DNA from: Gammaproteobacteria bacterium | Lineage (GTDB): Bacteria > Pseudomonadota > Gammaproteobacteria > Eutrophobiales > Eutrophobiaceae | Assembly: GCA_965222155.1 (NCBI GenBank) | Contig: CBDCTH010000012.1 | Span: 2,176,001-2,240,000, forward strand | DNA: 64,000 nt | Reading direction: 5' to 3' | Part shown: one piece after another, positions 51,356 through 60,693 of the stretch | How the letters are laid out: the number at the start of each line of letters is the position of its first letter | How positions within the stretch are numbered: the first letter of the stretch is position 1 | Notes under the pieces: generated by a model | Database searches by the model: none | Told to the model about the DNA's origin: nothing | Seen by the model: only the letters and a program-made list of their open reading frames with translations | Translations under genes and position numbers: made by a program

Positions 51356-52815
51356 TAATCAGAACGATTTTTCGGGGCAGTAATATTAACCTGGGTCCCC
51401 GAGTTGTCGATCACTTCAAAAGACAGGCTCCAACCATGACTCTGGCAAATTTTATACGCAATGGGTATTCCCAGTCCGGTGCCGAAGCGCTTGGTGGACG
51501 GGCCAGGTTCCAGGTTGCCCGGTTCAGGTCGGAACGGTAAACCAGGACCGTAATCGCGAATGCCGATAGTAACTGTTTCCTCCTGTTCGTGCGCGGTTAT
51601 CAACAGTTCGGCCCCATCCAGCGAGGCCTCGATTGCATTGGCCATCAGTCCGTAAACAGCCTGTTCCATCAGGTCAGGATCAACCTTGAGGCTGATTGAC
51701 AGCCCCTGGTATTCGCGCCTGACAATCAGTCCCTTTTCGGAGATTTTTCCCTGCAATAACTCCAGGGCGGCATCCAGCAGTGCAACGACGCCGACGTCTC
51801 TGAACACAGGCTGGAGCGGATGTAAATAAGACACCAGCGCATTTACCCAGCGCCCCAGACGATCAATGGTATCAACGATGGCTTGCTTGCCCTCCCTTAG
51901 CTCGGCCTCATTATCAACGTCGTCCAATACCTGTGCGGCAGCCCTGATACTGGCCAGAGGATTGCGGATGTTATGCGCAACGACGGGAATCAGGCTGCCC
52001 AGCGCCGCTTGTCTCTCATGCTCAACCAGGGCATCACGACTGGTTTTCAATTCGCCGGCCATGCGGTTGATCGATCCGGCCAGTTCCGCGACCTCATTCA
52101 CCCCTTGCTCCGGGATCTGGTGGGTAAGGTCGCCACGACTGATCTCCATGGCTCCGGCCGTGATCGTAGCCATAGGCCGGACGAAGCTGTTGCGGATAAC
52201 ACGGCTGGTGAAAATTACCATAACGACGGCCAGCAGGAACAGAACGGGTATAAGTATGGGTGCATAACGGGTCCATAGCTCAATGGTTTGCTCCAGTTCC
52301 CGGTGTTGTTTTGTGTACAGCGCTTTCAAGTCCAGGTACTTCTCCTCGAACTCATTAAACATCGCTTCGGCATTACGGAAATCCAGGATTTCCGGCCTCG
52401 TACCCCTATCCGTTTTTCTGGGATCGTTAAAAATTTTATACATGTCTATCTGTATTTTACGGTACGCTTGCTGTAATGCCTGGATTACCTCATCCTCATT
52501 CCGGGTTAACGATGCGCGTCGCAATTGATTGAAATGGCGGCCAATTCGTCTTGAATATTCATAATACACTTCAAGTGCATTGTCATCACCCGACCAGTGC
52601 GCTCTTGAGACCTCCTGTAATTGCCTGTATAACTCCCCGCGCAGTTGCTCGCTTAAATAAATGGAATTATTAATCCGAACAGATGCCGTAGACGTTTTCT
52701 GCCAGAAATAAGCAGACATGCCGCTGAGCAGACCGGTTACCGCAACCAGGAACAGGAATGCGACTTCATGCACCAGCAATAGGTGACTGAGAGAACGTTT
52801 ATGCGCGCGGCCCAT
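51355..52815 (-). CDS. Membrane sensor histidine kinase (HAMP, HisKA, HATPase)
   Basis: Two TM segments, HAMP, VAHNIRNPL, ANAIEA, DYGPG, STK..GTGLG. Confidence 0.92.
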   Translation of the reverse strand: MGRAHKRSLSHLLLVHEVAFLFLVAVTGLLSGMSAYFWQKTSTASVRINNSIYLSEQLRGELYRQLQEVSRAHWSGDDNALEVYYEYSRRIGRHFNQLRRASLTRNEDEVIQALQQAYRKIQIDMYKIFNDPRKTDRGTRPEILDFRNAEAMFNEFEEKYLDLKALYTKQHRELEQTIELWTRYAPILIPVLFLLAVVMVIFTSRVIRNSFVRPMATITAGAMEISRGDLTHQIPEQGVNEVAELAGSINRMAGELKTSRDALVEHERQAALGSLIPVVAHNIRNPLASIRAAAQVLDDVDNEAELREGKQAIVDTIDRLGRWVNALVSYLHPLQPVFRDVGVVALLDAALELLQGKISEKGLIVRREYQGLSISLKVDPDLMEQAVYGLMANAIEASLDGAELLITAHEQEETVTIGIRDYGPGLPFRPEPGNLEPGPSTKRFGTGLGIPIAYKICQSHGWSLSFEVIDNSGTQVNITAPKNRSD

Positions 52816-53015
52816 GCTAGCCCGTATTTCTCACAAGATCGCTTGTCATGATCGGAAAGACTTTCATTGTCAATAAGTTATGGTTAGTAATTCACTATCA
52901 TCTCATTATATACTACGCTGGATGCGGGCTAACAGTATACCCGACATGGTTGATATGAACCAGTTGATTTCTTCCATTGAAACCTTAAGAATATCCCAAA
53001 TAACGAAATATCGTT

Positions 53016-53561
53016 ATGAAATACTTTTTTCCAATCATTCTGTTCGTTCTTTGCCAGGCCGCAGCCGCGGCGCCGTACACTATAGAGATCAGCAAGTCCG
53101 ACCGCATCCTGGAGGTCAAGCAAAACAAAAAAACCGTCAAGAAATACGATATTGCCCACGGCAGAGGCGGGAAAGGGGTCAAGATCCGCTCAGGAGATAA
53201 TAAAACTCCGACCGGAACATACCGTGCGATTGACTTCAAAACCAACAGTAAATTTCATTTTTTCATCCAATTAAATTATCCTAACCCGCTTGACGCCTGG
53301 CGCGGCTACCGGAATGACGTCATTTCCGGCGCCGAATTCAAACAAATCATCCAGGCCTATAAGAGGAAAAGTCTGCCGCCTCAGACTACCGGCCTGGGAG
53401 GCTATATCGGCATCCACGGTATCGGTCTGATGACTGCCGAAAAGAGCCGGATACACGAAGCACATAACTGGACGGAAGGCTGCATTGCTGTTAGAAACGA
53501 AGAGATAAACGAACTGAAAAAATATATCACCCTGGGGACGAAGGTAGTAATACGGGAATAG
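53016..53561 (+). CDS. Secreted L,D-transpeptidase family protein (YkuD domain)
   Basis: Signal peptide, GD.KTP.G.Y, LNYPN..D, GGYIGIHG, WTEGCIAV.N (catalytic His/Cys). Confidence 0.9.
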   Translation: MKYFFPIILFVLCQAAAAAPYTIEISKSDRILEVKQNKKTVKKYDIAHGRGGKGVKIRSGDNKTPTGTYRAIDFKTNSKFHFFIQLNYPNPLDAWRGYRNDVISGAEFKQIIQAYKRKSLPPQTTGLGGYIGIHGIGLMTAEKSRIHEAHNWTEGCIAVRNEEINELKKYITLGTKVVIRE

Positions 53562-53601
53562 CCGGGCGATAATACCATGATTGAGTATATCTGGAGAAAC
53601 A

Positions 53602-54345
53602 ATGAAAAAAGGTGAACATCATTTATTGTTAGTGTGGTTAATGCTAATCAGCCTGATCGGTTTCGCTCTGTTTATTGCCCTGCACGAGAAGGTGCTACTG
53701 CTGCTTTACCTGGGCGACATCAGCAAATTATCCTGGGTCATTACCCTGCTGTTTGTCATCATCACGATTTACTGCGCGCGTCGGGTCTATTTTATTTCCA
53801 GGGAAATTAATATCTCAGAGAAGGTGAATGCCCTGGCCAGGCGGCATGAACTTTTAATCAGGGACGGTGAGATTTATCTGGATGCGGCAGAAAAGCTCCC
53901 CGACTGCCTGTTGACGCGCTACCTGTTGGACCTGTTCTACCAGGCAAAGTCGACTTCTGCAAGAGATGTGGAACCTGAAAACAATTCGATCAATACAAAC
54001 AACCAGGAACTGATCGAGGTTTTTGAGGCAAAACTCAAGAACCCCCATAACCTGGGCTGGTTCTTTACGGATATCATGATCAAGCTGGGCCTGCTGGGTA
54101 CGATTATCGGTTTTGTACTCATGCTCGGTTCCGTGGTGAACGTGACGGACTTTGATGTGAATACCATGCAGAACATACTGAAACAAATGAGTTCGGGTAT
54201 GGGCACCGCCCTGTATACGACGTTTGCAGGGCTGGTATGCAGTATATTGACAGCTGCCCAGTTCTATTTGCTGGACCAGGCTGCCGATGAACTGGTTGAT
54301 ACCACAAAGCACCTGACCCAGATTCATATACTGCCCAGGTTATGA
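53602..54345 (+). CDS. MotA/TolQ/ExbB proton-channel family protein
   Basis: Two N-terminal TMs, then LGLLGTIIGF and GMGTALYTTFAGL. Confidence 0.88.
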   Translation: MKKGEHHLLLVWLMLISLIGFALFIALHEKVLLLLYLGDISKLSWVITLLFVIITIYCARRVYFISREINISEKVNALARRHELLIRDGEIYLDAAEKLPDCLLTRYLLDLFYQAKSTSARDVEPENNSINTNNQELIEVFEAKLKNPHNLGWFFTDIMIKLGLLGTIIGFVLMLGSVVNVTDFDVNTMQNILKQMSSGMGTALYTTFAGLVCSILTAAQFYLLDQAADELVDTTKHLTQIHILPRL

Positions 54346-54358
54346 TCCATTTAACATT

Positions 54359-54487
54359 GCCACAGAGGACACAGAGGAAGACAATATGAATGACTGTAAA
54401 GTAACAATAAGCGTGCATTCCATCCAAAGCTGCCGGGGACAGATTTAAAATCTGTCCCCTTTCTGTGAACTCTGTGTTCTCTGTGGC
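54359..54487. repeat. Inverted-repeat element GCCACAGAGGACACAGAG...CTCTGTGTTCTCTGTGGC with a nested GGGGACAGATTTAAAATCTGTCCCC palindrome (54435-54459)
   Basis: 18-bp arms with 1 mismatch. Fills the gap between the MotA-like and ExbD-like genes. Confidence 0.8.
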
Positions 54488-54499
54488 TGAAATCCTTCC

Positions 54500-55093
54500 G
54501 TGAAAAATAACAACCGTTATCAATCGGATCCGTTTACGGATCTGCTGTTCAATGCCTTGCTGGGGTTTACCTTCCTGTTCCTCGTTGCAATCATGTTTAT
54601 GAACCCTGAGGCGAAATCGGGAATCATCGACCCCAAGGCAGAATACATCCTTACCATAACCTGGGAAGACAACAGTCCCGATGACATTGACGTCTGGGTG
54701 GAAGACCCCGACGGCAGGGTGATCTGGTTTCGCAACCCGGAAGCCGGCCTGCTCCACCTGGACCGCGATGACAGGGGATTGATCAACGATACGATTGTGG
54801 TTAACGGTGAAGAACTGCAAAATCCCCTCAACCAGGAAGTAGTGACGATTCGGGGTGTCGTAAAAGGTGAGTACATCGTCAACCTGCATTATTATGCCAC
54901 TGAAACCGAGGAACCCGTCGATGTACAGGTGCGTCTGGCGAAAGTCAATCCTACCCTGGAGATTGTCTATTACGATACGATCTCCCTGGATAAAATAGGG
55001 GATGAAAAAACGGCTTTCCGGTTCCGGATCAACATCGACGGGAAAATATCAAATATAAACTTTTTACCCAAGCAACTGGTCTCTATCGGATAG
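54500..55093 (+). CDS. ExbD/MotB-like single-TM partner with periplasmic beta domain (YfaP-like motifs)
   Basis: PFTDLLFNALLGF TM with a membrane Asp; ITW...DIDVWVEDP, LDRDDRG, NQEVVTIRG..KGEYIVNLHYY. Confidence 0.7.
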   Translation: MKNNNRYQSDPFTDLLFNALLGFTFLFLVAIMFMNPEAKSGIIDPKAEYILTITWEDNSPDDIDVWVEDPDGRVIWFRNPEAGLLHLDRDDRGLINDTIVVNGEELQNPLNQEVVTIRGVVKGEYIVNLHYYATETEEPVDVQVRLAKVNPTLEIVYYDTISLDKIGDEKTAFRFRINIDGKISNINFLPKQLVSIG

Positions 55094-55097
55094 AAAA

Positions 55098-55252
55098 CAG
55101 GTGCTCCCGTTAAATCGAGTTCAATACAATGATTTTTACAAGACAGGGGGGGACAGATTTAAATCTGTCCCCCAAGTTCCCGCTGGGAGGGAGGGCGTCT
55201 CGCCCTCCACGAAGGCAGGATGCCCTCGATCCCGGCAGTTGGCGGGAACTGC
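55098..55252 (+). mobile_element. MITE-like element, copy 2, with a 26-bp perfect palindrome (55148-55173)
   Basis: CAGGTGCTCCCGTTAAATCGAG...GGGAGGGAGGGCGTCTCGCCCTCCACG...GTTGGCGGGAACTGC matches copy 1. Confidence 0.8.
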
Positions 55253-55295
55253 TTGATAGAGAAAAAAGTCACACAAAGCACAGAGGAGAATCATC

Positions 55296-55814
55296 GTGTA
55301 TATACTGGGAATAACCGGGCTGGTCGCCGCCTACATCCTGGTTGCGTTGCTGCTGTTGAGTATCAACCTGTATTCCGACTGGTCCTGGAAAGTCAAGGCC
55401 GGTTGCATAGTCGTAACTACGCTCCTGTACGTTGTCACTTATCTGTCCTTTCCCCCGTTGCTTGGCTGGCCGACCGGAACACAACCTCCTGAACGCTTTC
55501 GCCTGATCGGCGCGGACATAGTACAACCGGATAAATCGACGGGCGCTGAGGGAATGATTTACCTGTGGCTTAAAGACATGGATGATCTATCGGGCCGGAC
55601 CCAGCCCAGGGCTTATAAACTGACTTATTCCGCGCACCTCCATGAAATAGTGATCGCGGCAAAATCAAAACTGAATAAAGGCATGCAGCAACTGGGCGAG
55701 TTCAAACTGCCTGCTGATGCCAATATCCGGGAAGTGGACACTCGCCGGGGCGGCCAGAAAAGCGTTGAAATTGAATTCTATGACCTTCCTGACCCGCTCA
55801 TCCCGGATAAATAA
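55296..55814 (+). CDS. Hypothetical membrane protein (2 TM plus periplasmic domain)
   Basis: Two hydrophobic helices, LLGWP, IYLW, PRAYKL.Y, FYDLPDP.IPDK. Confidence 0.75.
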   Translation: MYILGITGLVAAYILVALLLLSINLYSDWSWKVKAGCIVVTTLLYVVTYLSFPPLLGWPTGTQPPERFRLIGADIVQPDKSTGAEGMIYLWLKDMDDLSGRTQPRAYKLTYSAHLHEIVIAAKSKLNKGMQQLGEFKLPADANIREVDTRRGGQKSVEIEFYDLPDPLIPDK

Positions 55815-55821
55815 ATCCAGG

Positions 55822-56673
55822 CTAACCACCAATCCCGTGCATTGTACCAGGTACGACGTAGCGAAGCATATATATGAGCCCAACCCCCATGAGAAAGGAC
55901 ACCATGAGCTTGACACGGTCATGGCTATGGAAATGAACTTCCGGCAACAGGTCGCTCAGTGATATACACAGGAACGCCCCGGCCGCAAAAGCCAATGCAC
56001 AACCGAGCACCAGCCCTTCCGATTGACCGAGCAGTCCCACGCCCCAGAAAGTCAGGAACGCCACTATCGGGCAGATCAGGGCAAATACTATATTAGCCAA
56101 CGTGCGTAGACGGCGGCTGAACCCTGCGGCCTGCATGGTACCGGTGACGGAAAGCGCATCAAGGGGCTTGTGCGTCAGTATCGCCAGAAACACCCCAAAT
56201 CCTACCAGGCCGGCCTGGTCTCCCTGGGGCAAACCGGCCCGGATACTGGCGCCCAGGGCAACTCCTTCGGTCAAGGTATGTAATCCCAGACCCAATGCGA
56301 TACCGAACCAACTCAACGGATGCGCCGTGTCTTCGCCGTGGTGATCATGTGCGTGAATAGTTGCGCCCGTATCACTGAAGTCATGCTGGTGAAAATGGAA
56401 GAAGCGCAGCAACAACACCATCATTACTATGCCCGACATCAACCACGACCCGACTGTATCAACGGCGTGCTCGCCGGGAATCTCAGCCAAACTAGCGGGC
56501 AGGAGATGAAACAGGGCGACGCTGAGCATGAGTCCCGCAACAAATGTCATCGCTACCTGGGTGCGTGTATGAGTCATCCGGAAGACGGACGGCAACCAAC
56601 CTCCCAGCAATGAAGCGGCCATAATGGTGACGGAATATCCCGCCAGCAGTAACAGAAAGTCAGAATGATCCAT
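55822..56673 (-). CDS. ZIP family zinc/metal transporter
   Basis: AGLML..ALFHLLP, His-rich loop, LHTLTEG, HKPLD, DLLPEV. Confidence 0.88.
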   Translation of the reverse strand: MDHSDFLLLLAGYSVTIMAASLLGGWLPSVFRMTHTRTQVAMTFVAGLMLSVALFHLLPASLAEIPGEHAVDTVGSWLMSGIVMMVLLLRFFHFHQHDFSDTGATIHAHDHHGEDTAHPLSWFGIALGLGLHTLTEGVALGASIRAGLPQGDQAGLVGFGVFLAILTHKPLDALSVTGTMQAAGFSRRLRTLANIVFALICPIVAFLTFWGVGLLGQSEGLVLGCALAFAAGAFLCISLSDLLPEVHFHSHDRVKLMVSFLMGVGLIYMLRYVVPGTMHGIGG

Positions 56674-56872
56674 GATGGCTAACAATTCTCCCCGTAATCG
56701 CCTGCCCTTTCATTGTAACCATCCGGGCGAGCATAGACTCTTAAACCGCGAAAAACCAACGCCGCAACAACCTTGATTTCAAATAAAGACATGCTGGTGG
56801 ATACTTGGCCCATCCGCGAACATAGCCAGAATAACACTCGTTTTTCACACCAAACACCTCAAAATAAACCAT

Positions 56873-59122
56873 TTAAAATGAAAGGGTTAAGCCGAATATA
56901 CCCGAACGCCCCGGCAATGGAGCCTGTTCTTTTGCAAAAGATGTATGGCGGCGACTTTCATCATCCAGCAGGTTGCTGGCGCGGGCAAACAGGGTTACGT
57001 CATTGTCGGCAAGACTGATACGGTAACTGGCATAAAGGTTCAGTGAATCATAACCGGCCGTTTCAGTTTCCAACGGCGCTGTGTCATTCTGTTTATTCAC
57101 ACGGGTATAGCTCATGGACGCATACCAGGGATCCCGTGAATAAGTCAGTCCCGCGCCGAAACGCCAGGGAGTGATGCGCGGCAGGTTGCTATTATCACTG
57201 CGTTCACCTTCCACGTAGTCTATCCACAGGCGTGCATCCAGAACGCCGCTGCTGCCAGCCAGAACATGTACAACGCCCTCCAGTTCAAACCCCATGAAGT
57301 CCGCATCGTCCTGGCTTTGCACTACGAGCAGTGGTTCACCATCTTCCTCCGGGTCCAGGATGTGGGCCGGATCACCATCAAAGTCTTCTTCCACCCGATC
57401 AGCAACAGCGTCGCCGTTCAGGTCCTGTTCCTTCAGGAATATGAAATCATCAATACGGTTATAGAACAAGTTGGCCGTAAGGGTGAGTTTTCCCATCGTC
57501 TTGCGCCAGAAAAAATCAAAATTGGTGGACTTTTCCTTGCCCAGGCCGTAATCGCCAAGCTCAAACGTCCTTGTTGCAAGATGCGGACCTTCCGCATACA
57601 ACTCCTCCAGGGAGGGCGCGCGTTGCGCATGGGTAATCACCATACCCACTTCATAACCTGCAGTATAGCCCCAGTTCACACCAGCGGAAATGCTGAACAG
57701 CTCATGACTCGTCCCTACACCGGTATCTGCACTGGTTTCCTGGTATTCGTACCTGGCGCCGAATTCCGTATGCCACTTGCCCAGGTCGCCTTTTTCCAGC
57801 AGGAATGCAGCAACGGTCTCCATCTTTGACGGCAGGACAAAGCTCTCTTCACCCAGCGCGGCAAAGTCCTTGTTACGATACTGGAGACCAAAAGCCCCTT
57901 GCCACCTGCCGACCGGGTGATGCACAATCTCGACGCGGCCTTCCACTTCATCGTTGTCAAATGCGCTGCCTACCTCACCGCTTGCCTCCAGTTCATCATG
58001 GTTATAGTCGTTATAAGTCCAGCGTGTCCTGATCCGGTGTATACCGGTAAAAGGTTCGTCAATGTCCGCCTCGAAGTCATAACGCGTTGAGCCCAGGTCT
58101 ATACGTGCAGCGCCTTCTCCCCCATGATGCTCTTCCTCTCCTCCTTCCTCATGATGGCCTTCTTCCTCGCCTTCATCCTCGTGATGATCGTCCTCATCTT
58201 CCTCCCCTTCTTCACCATGATGATGGCTCCCCGGTATGCCATAGTTGCTGTCAAGCCGACTCACGGCAAGGCCGATGAACCCACGCTCACCGATCCAGGA
58301 TACCCCTGCAGATACATTCTCCGTTTCAATACTGCTGTTTTCCAGGACGCCTTTCTCCATATCCTCATCAGTGTCCTGGTCCAACTCGGCATAGCCGGGG
58401 ATATCGTAATCATCGGTATCACGCTTCATACCATCGACATGAACGGCAAAATTGCCCGTTCCGAAATTGATGCTGGCGGCGCCGTTGACTCCATCGGAAA
58501 CGGTTTCGTATTGTATCGACATATCGCCTTCCGGAGTTTCCGGAACGTATTTGAGAATCCGATCATTCACGACGTTCACCACGCCGCCGCTGGCGCCACT
58601 GCCGTAAAGCAAGGTTGCAGGACCACGAAATATCTCAACCTGGCGCGCAAACGCCGGTTCAGTTGGAACCGCATGGTCGGCGCTCATATTGGCCACGTCC
58701 AGGGTGCTGATACCGTTTTCCAATACGCTTACCCGACTTCCGGCCAGGCCGCGGATGACAGGACGCCCCGCGGCCGCGCCGAAATCACTGGAACTCACAC
58801 CCAGTTCATTGGCGACCGTTTCACCGATGTTACGGATACTACGGGATTTTAATTCTTCTTTTGTCAGGACCTGGACGGGTCGCATCAGGTGACCCTCAAC
58901 GTCACCCAAGGGATCGGCAGTGACGATGATCTCATCTATATATTCATAACCGTCAAGCGTATGTTCGTGCTCAGATGATGTGAGCGCGCTACCAGCAGGT
59001 GTATGCCTGTGACCGTCTTGTGTTTGCCCGTGACCAGCCGCTTCGTCGGCAACCAGAAACGGCGCATGAATGCCCGTGGCGATGATAAGCTGGGCTATAG
59101 AAATTAAATTGAACCTATGCAT
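56873..59122 (-). CDS. ZnuD-like TonB-dependent receptor (zinc uptake)
   Basis: RPVIRG, SADHAV, RGPATLLYGSGA.GGVVN, long His/Glu-rich loop, GPHLAT, HTSF.K..PLPGR, terminal F. Adjacent to a ZIP transporter. Confidence 0.88.
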   Translation of the reverse strand: MHRFNLISIAQLIIATGIHAPFLVADEAAGHGQTQDGHRHTPAGSALTSSEHEHTLDGYEYIDEIIVTADPLGDVEGHLMRPVQVLTKEELKSRSIRNIGETVANELGVSSSDFGAAAGRPVIRGLAGSRVSVLENGISTLDVANMSADHAVPTEPAFARQVEIFRGPATLLYGSGASGGVVNVVNDRILKYVPETPEGDMSIQYETVSDGVNGAASINFGTGNFAVHVDGMKRDTDDYDIPGYAELDQDTDEDMEKGVLENSSIETENVSAGVSWIGERGFIGLAVSRLDSNYGIPGSHHHGEEGEEDEDDHHEDEGEEEGHHEEGGEEEHHGGEGAARIDLGSTRYDFEADIDEPFTGIHRIRTRWTYNDYNHDELEASGEVGSAFDNDEVEGRVEIVHHPVGRWQGAFGLQYRNKDFAALGEESFVLPSKMETVAAFLLEKGDLGKWHTEFGARYEYQETSADTGVGTSHELFSISAGVNWGYTAGYEVGMVITHAQRAPSLEELYAEGPHLATRTFELGDYGLGKEKSTNFDFFWRKTMGKLTLTANLFYNRIDDFIFLKEQDLNGDAVADRVEEDFDGDPAHILDPEEDGEPLLVVQSQDDADFMGFELEGVVHVLAGSSGVLDARLWIDYVEGERSDNSNLPRITPWRFGAGLTYSRDPWYASMSYTRVNKQNDTAPLETETAGYDSLNLYASYRISLADNDVTLFARASNLLDDESRRHTSFAKEQAPLPGRSGIFGLTLSF

Positions 59123-59222
59123 CTGATATCTCCCTATAACAATTCATAACAATTCAAGAATAACGCCAGACGTTATTCAGATAAATGAACCTGGAACGTT
59201 ATACGGGAGATAATGGAGGGGA

Positions 59223-59355
59223 CAGTTCCCGCTAACTCCCAGGATCGAGGCCATCCTGCCCTCATGGAGGGCGAGACGCCCTCCTTCCCAGGTAAACAGA
59301 CCCCTTGGGAACTCGGGGGACAGATTTAAATCTGTCCCCCTGTCCCGAATCCGGC
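59223..59355 (-). mobile_element. MITE-like element, copy 3 (inverted, one end missing) with a 26-bp palindrome (59315-59340)
   Basis: CAGTTCCCGCTAACTCCC...GGAGGGCGAGACGCCCTCC...CCCGAATCCGGC is the reverse complement of copy 1 segments. Confidence 0.78.
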
Positions 59356-59363
59356 GCCACGTA

Positions 59364-59425
59364 GGCATGGCCCCAGCGGTTGAGGATAATCCCCCATTGA
59401 GAAAGTCACGCCGGGTTATTTTCAT
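59364..59425 (-). pseudogene. Stranded Tat signal-peptide remnant
   Basis: MKITRRDFLNGGLSSTAGAM, then the frame runs into the MITE. Confidence 0.55.
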
Positions 59426-59488
59426 CGTGGATTGCGCATCTTCTTTCAGGCCGGATATTGCGCCAGCCGGGTCGCCATCGGTGGCCGG

Positions 59489-59956
59489 CTACTTAATCAG
59501 GGCAACGGCATGGACGGCAATGCCTTCCCGGTTGCCGATAAAGCCCATTTTCTCATTGGTGGTCGCCTTGATGTTAATGGCGTCCCCCGTTACGGCCAGG
59601 TCGGTGGCGAGGTTGTTTTTCATGGCATCGATATAAGGAGCCATTTTGGGTGCTTCCGCGATGATGGTGATGTCGGCATTGACCAGCGCAAAGGATTTTT
59701 GCGCCAGCAATGCGTACACTCGTCGCAATAAAATCCTGCTGTCGATGTTTTTGAAACCCTTGCTGGTGTCCGGAAAATGCGCGCCGATGTCGCCCAGCGC
59801 GGCGGCGCCCAGTAAGGCATCGCATAACGCGTGGATGACGACATCCCCGTCGGAATGCGCAAGCAGACCCTGGTCATGGGGAACGTTGACGCCGCCAAGC
59901 ACCAGCGGACGTCCGCCGACAAACCGGTGGGTATCATAACCGTGACCTATTCTCAT
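59489..59956 (-). CDS. ispF: 2-C-methyl-D-erythritol 2,4-cyclodiphosphate synthase
   Basis: [30 protein letters not shown]. Confidence 0.97.
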   Translation of the reverse strand: MRIGHGYDTHRFVGGRPLVLGGVNVPHDQGLLAHSDGDVVIHALCDALLGAAALGDIGAHFPDTSKGFKNIDSRILLRRVYALLAQKSFALVNADITIIAEAPKMAPYIDAMKNNLATDLAVTGDAINIKATTNEKMGFIGNREGIAVHAVALIK

Positions 59957-59994
59957 TGTTTTCTCGCTTGTTCTGTCATGCAACTTCCGGTTTT

Positions 59995-60693
59995 TCAGTG
60001 TTTCCTTAAATAATATTCCGCCAGGGCCAGGTCCTCCGTCAAGGATACTTTGATATTGTGGGGACCTCCCTGCACTATTCCCGGCCGGTAACCCCTGTGC
60101 TCCAGAGCCTGGGCTTCGTCCGTGACAAGCAGGTTGTCAGCGACGGCCTGGGCAATCGCTTCCTGCAACAGGCCCAGCCGGAACATTTGCGGCGTCAGGG
60201 CGCGCCACAACCGTTCGCGCTCCAGCGTCGCCTGGATTTCATGATCCTGTCCTGCCTGTTTCACCGTATCCCGGACCGGCACAGCCAGAATACCACCGAC
60301 GGGATGATCCCTGAGTCCGGTGATGAGCTGATCTATGTCGGCTGCCGTTACACAGGGTCTGGCTGCATCGTGCACCAGCACCCAGTCATCGTTACCGGCA
60401 ATTTCCGCGATACGCTTGAGCCCGTTCAATACGGAATGACAGCGTTCCCTGCCGCCGGGCGCCCTGACGATTCCGGCGTGACCGGACAGCGCCAGGGTCG
60501 GCCAGTATTCATCGTCATCCGCCACGACCACGGCAATGCCCTTGATCTGCGGATGCTCGCAAAAAGGCAGCAGGCTGTGTTCAAGGACGGTCCGGTTCAA
60601 AAGCTTAAGGTATTGTTTGGGCTTGTCCGAGCCCATACGCCGACCGATACCGGCCGCCGGGATAACAGCCCAGAAATTCGCTTGTCCCGTCAC
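59995..60693 (-). CDS. ispD: 2-C-methyl-D-erythritol 4-phosphate cytidylyltransferase
   Basis: PAAGIGRRM...[24 protein letters not shown]. Confidence 0.97.
   Translation of the reverse strand: MTGQANFWAVIPAAGIGRRMGSDKPKQYLKLLNRTVLEHSLLPFCEHPQIKGIAVVVADDDEYWPTLALSGHAGIVRAPGGRERCHSVLNGLKRIAEIAGNDDWVLVHDAARPCVTAADIDQLITGLRDHPVGGILAVPVRDTVKQAGQDHEIQATLERERLWRALTPQMFRLGLLQEAIAQAVADNLLVTDEAQALEHRGYRPGIVQGGPHNIKVSLTEDLALAEYYLRKH

Noticed and set aside
53602-55814. Zorya anti-phage system
   Set aside because: The MotA-like protein has no long ZorA tail, the partner has no OmpA-like domain, and no ZorC/D/E genes are present.
58120-58230. Low-complexity TCC/TCA/TGA-rich repeat
   Set aside because: It encodes the His/Glu-rich metal-binding loop of the ZnuD-like receptor and is not a DNA-level element.
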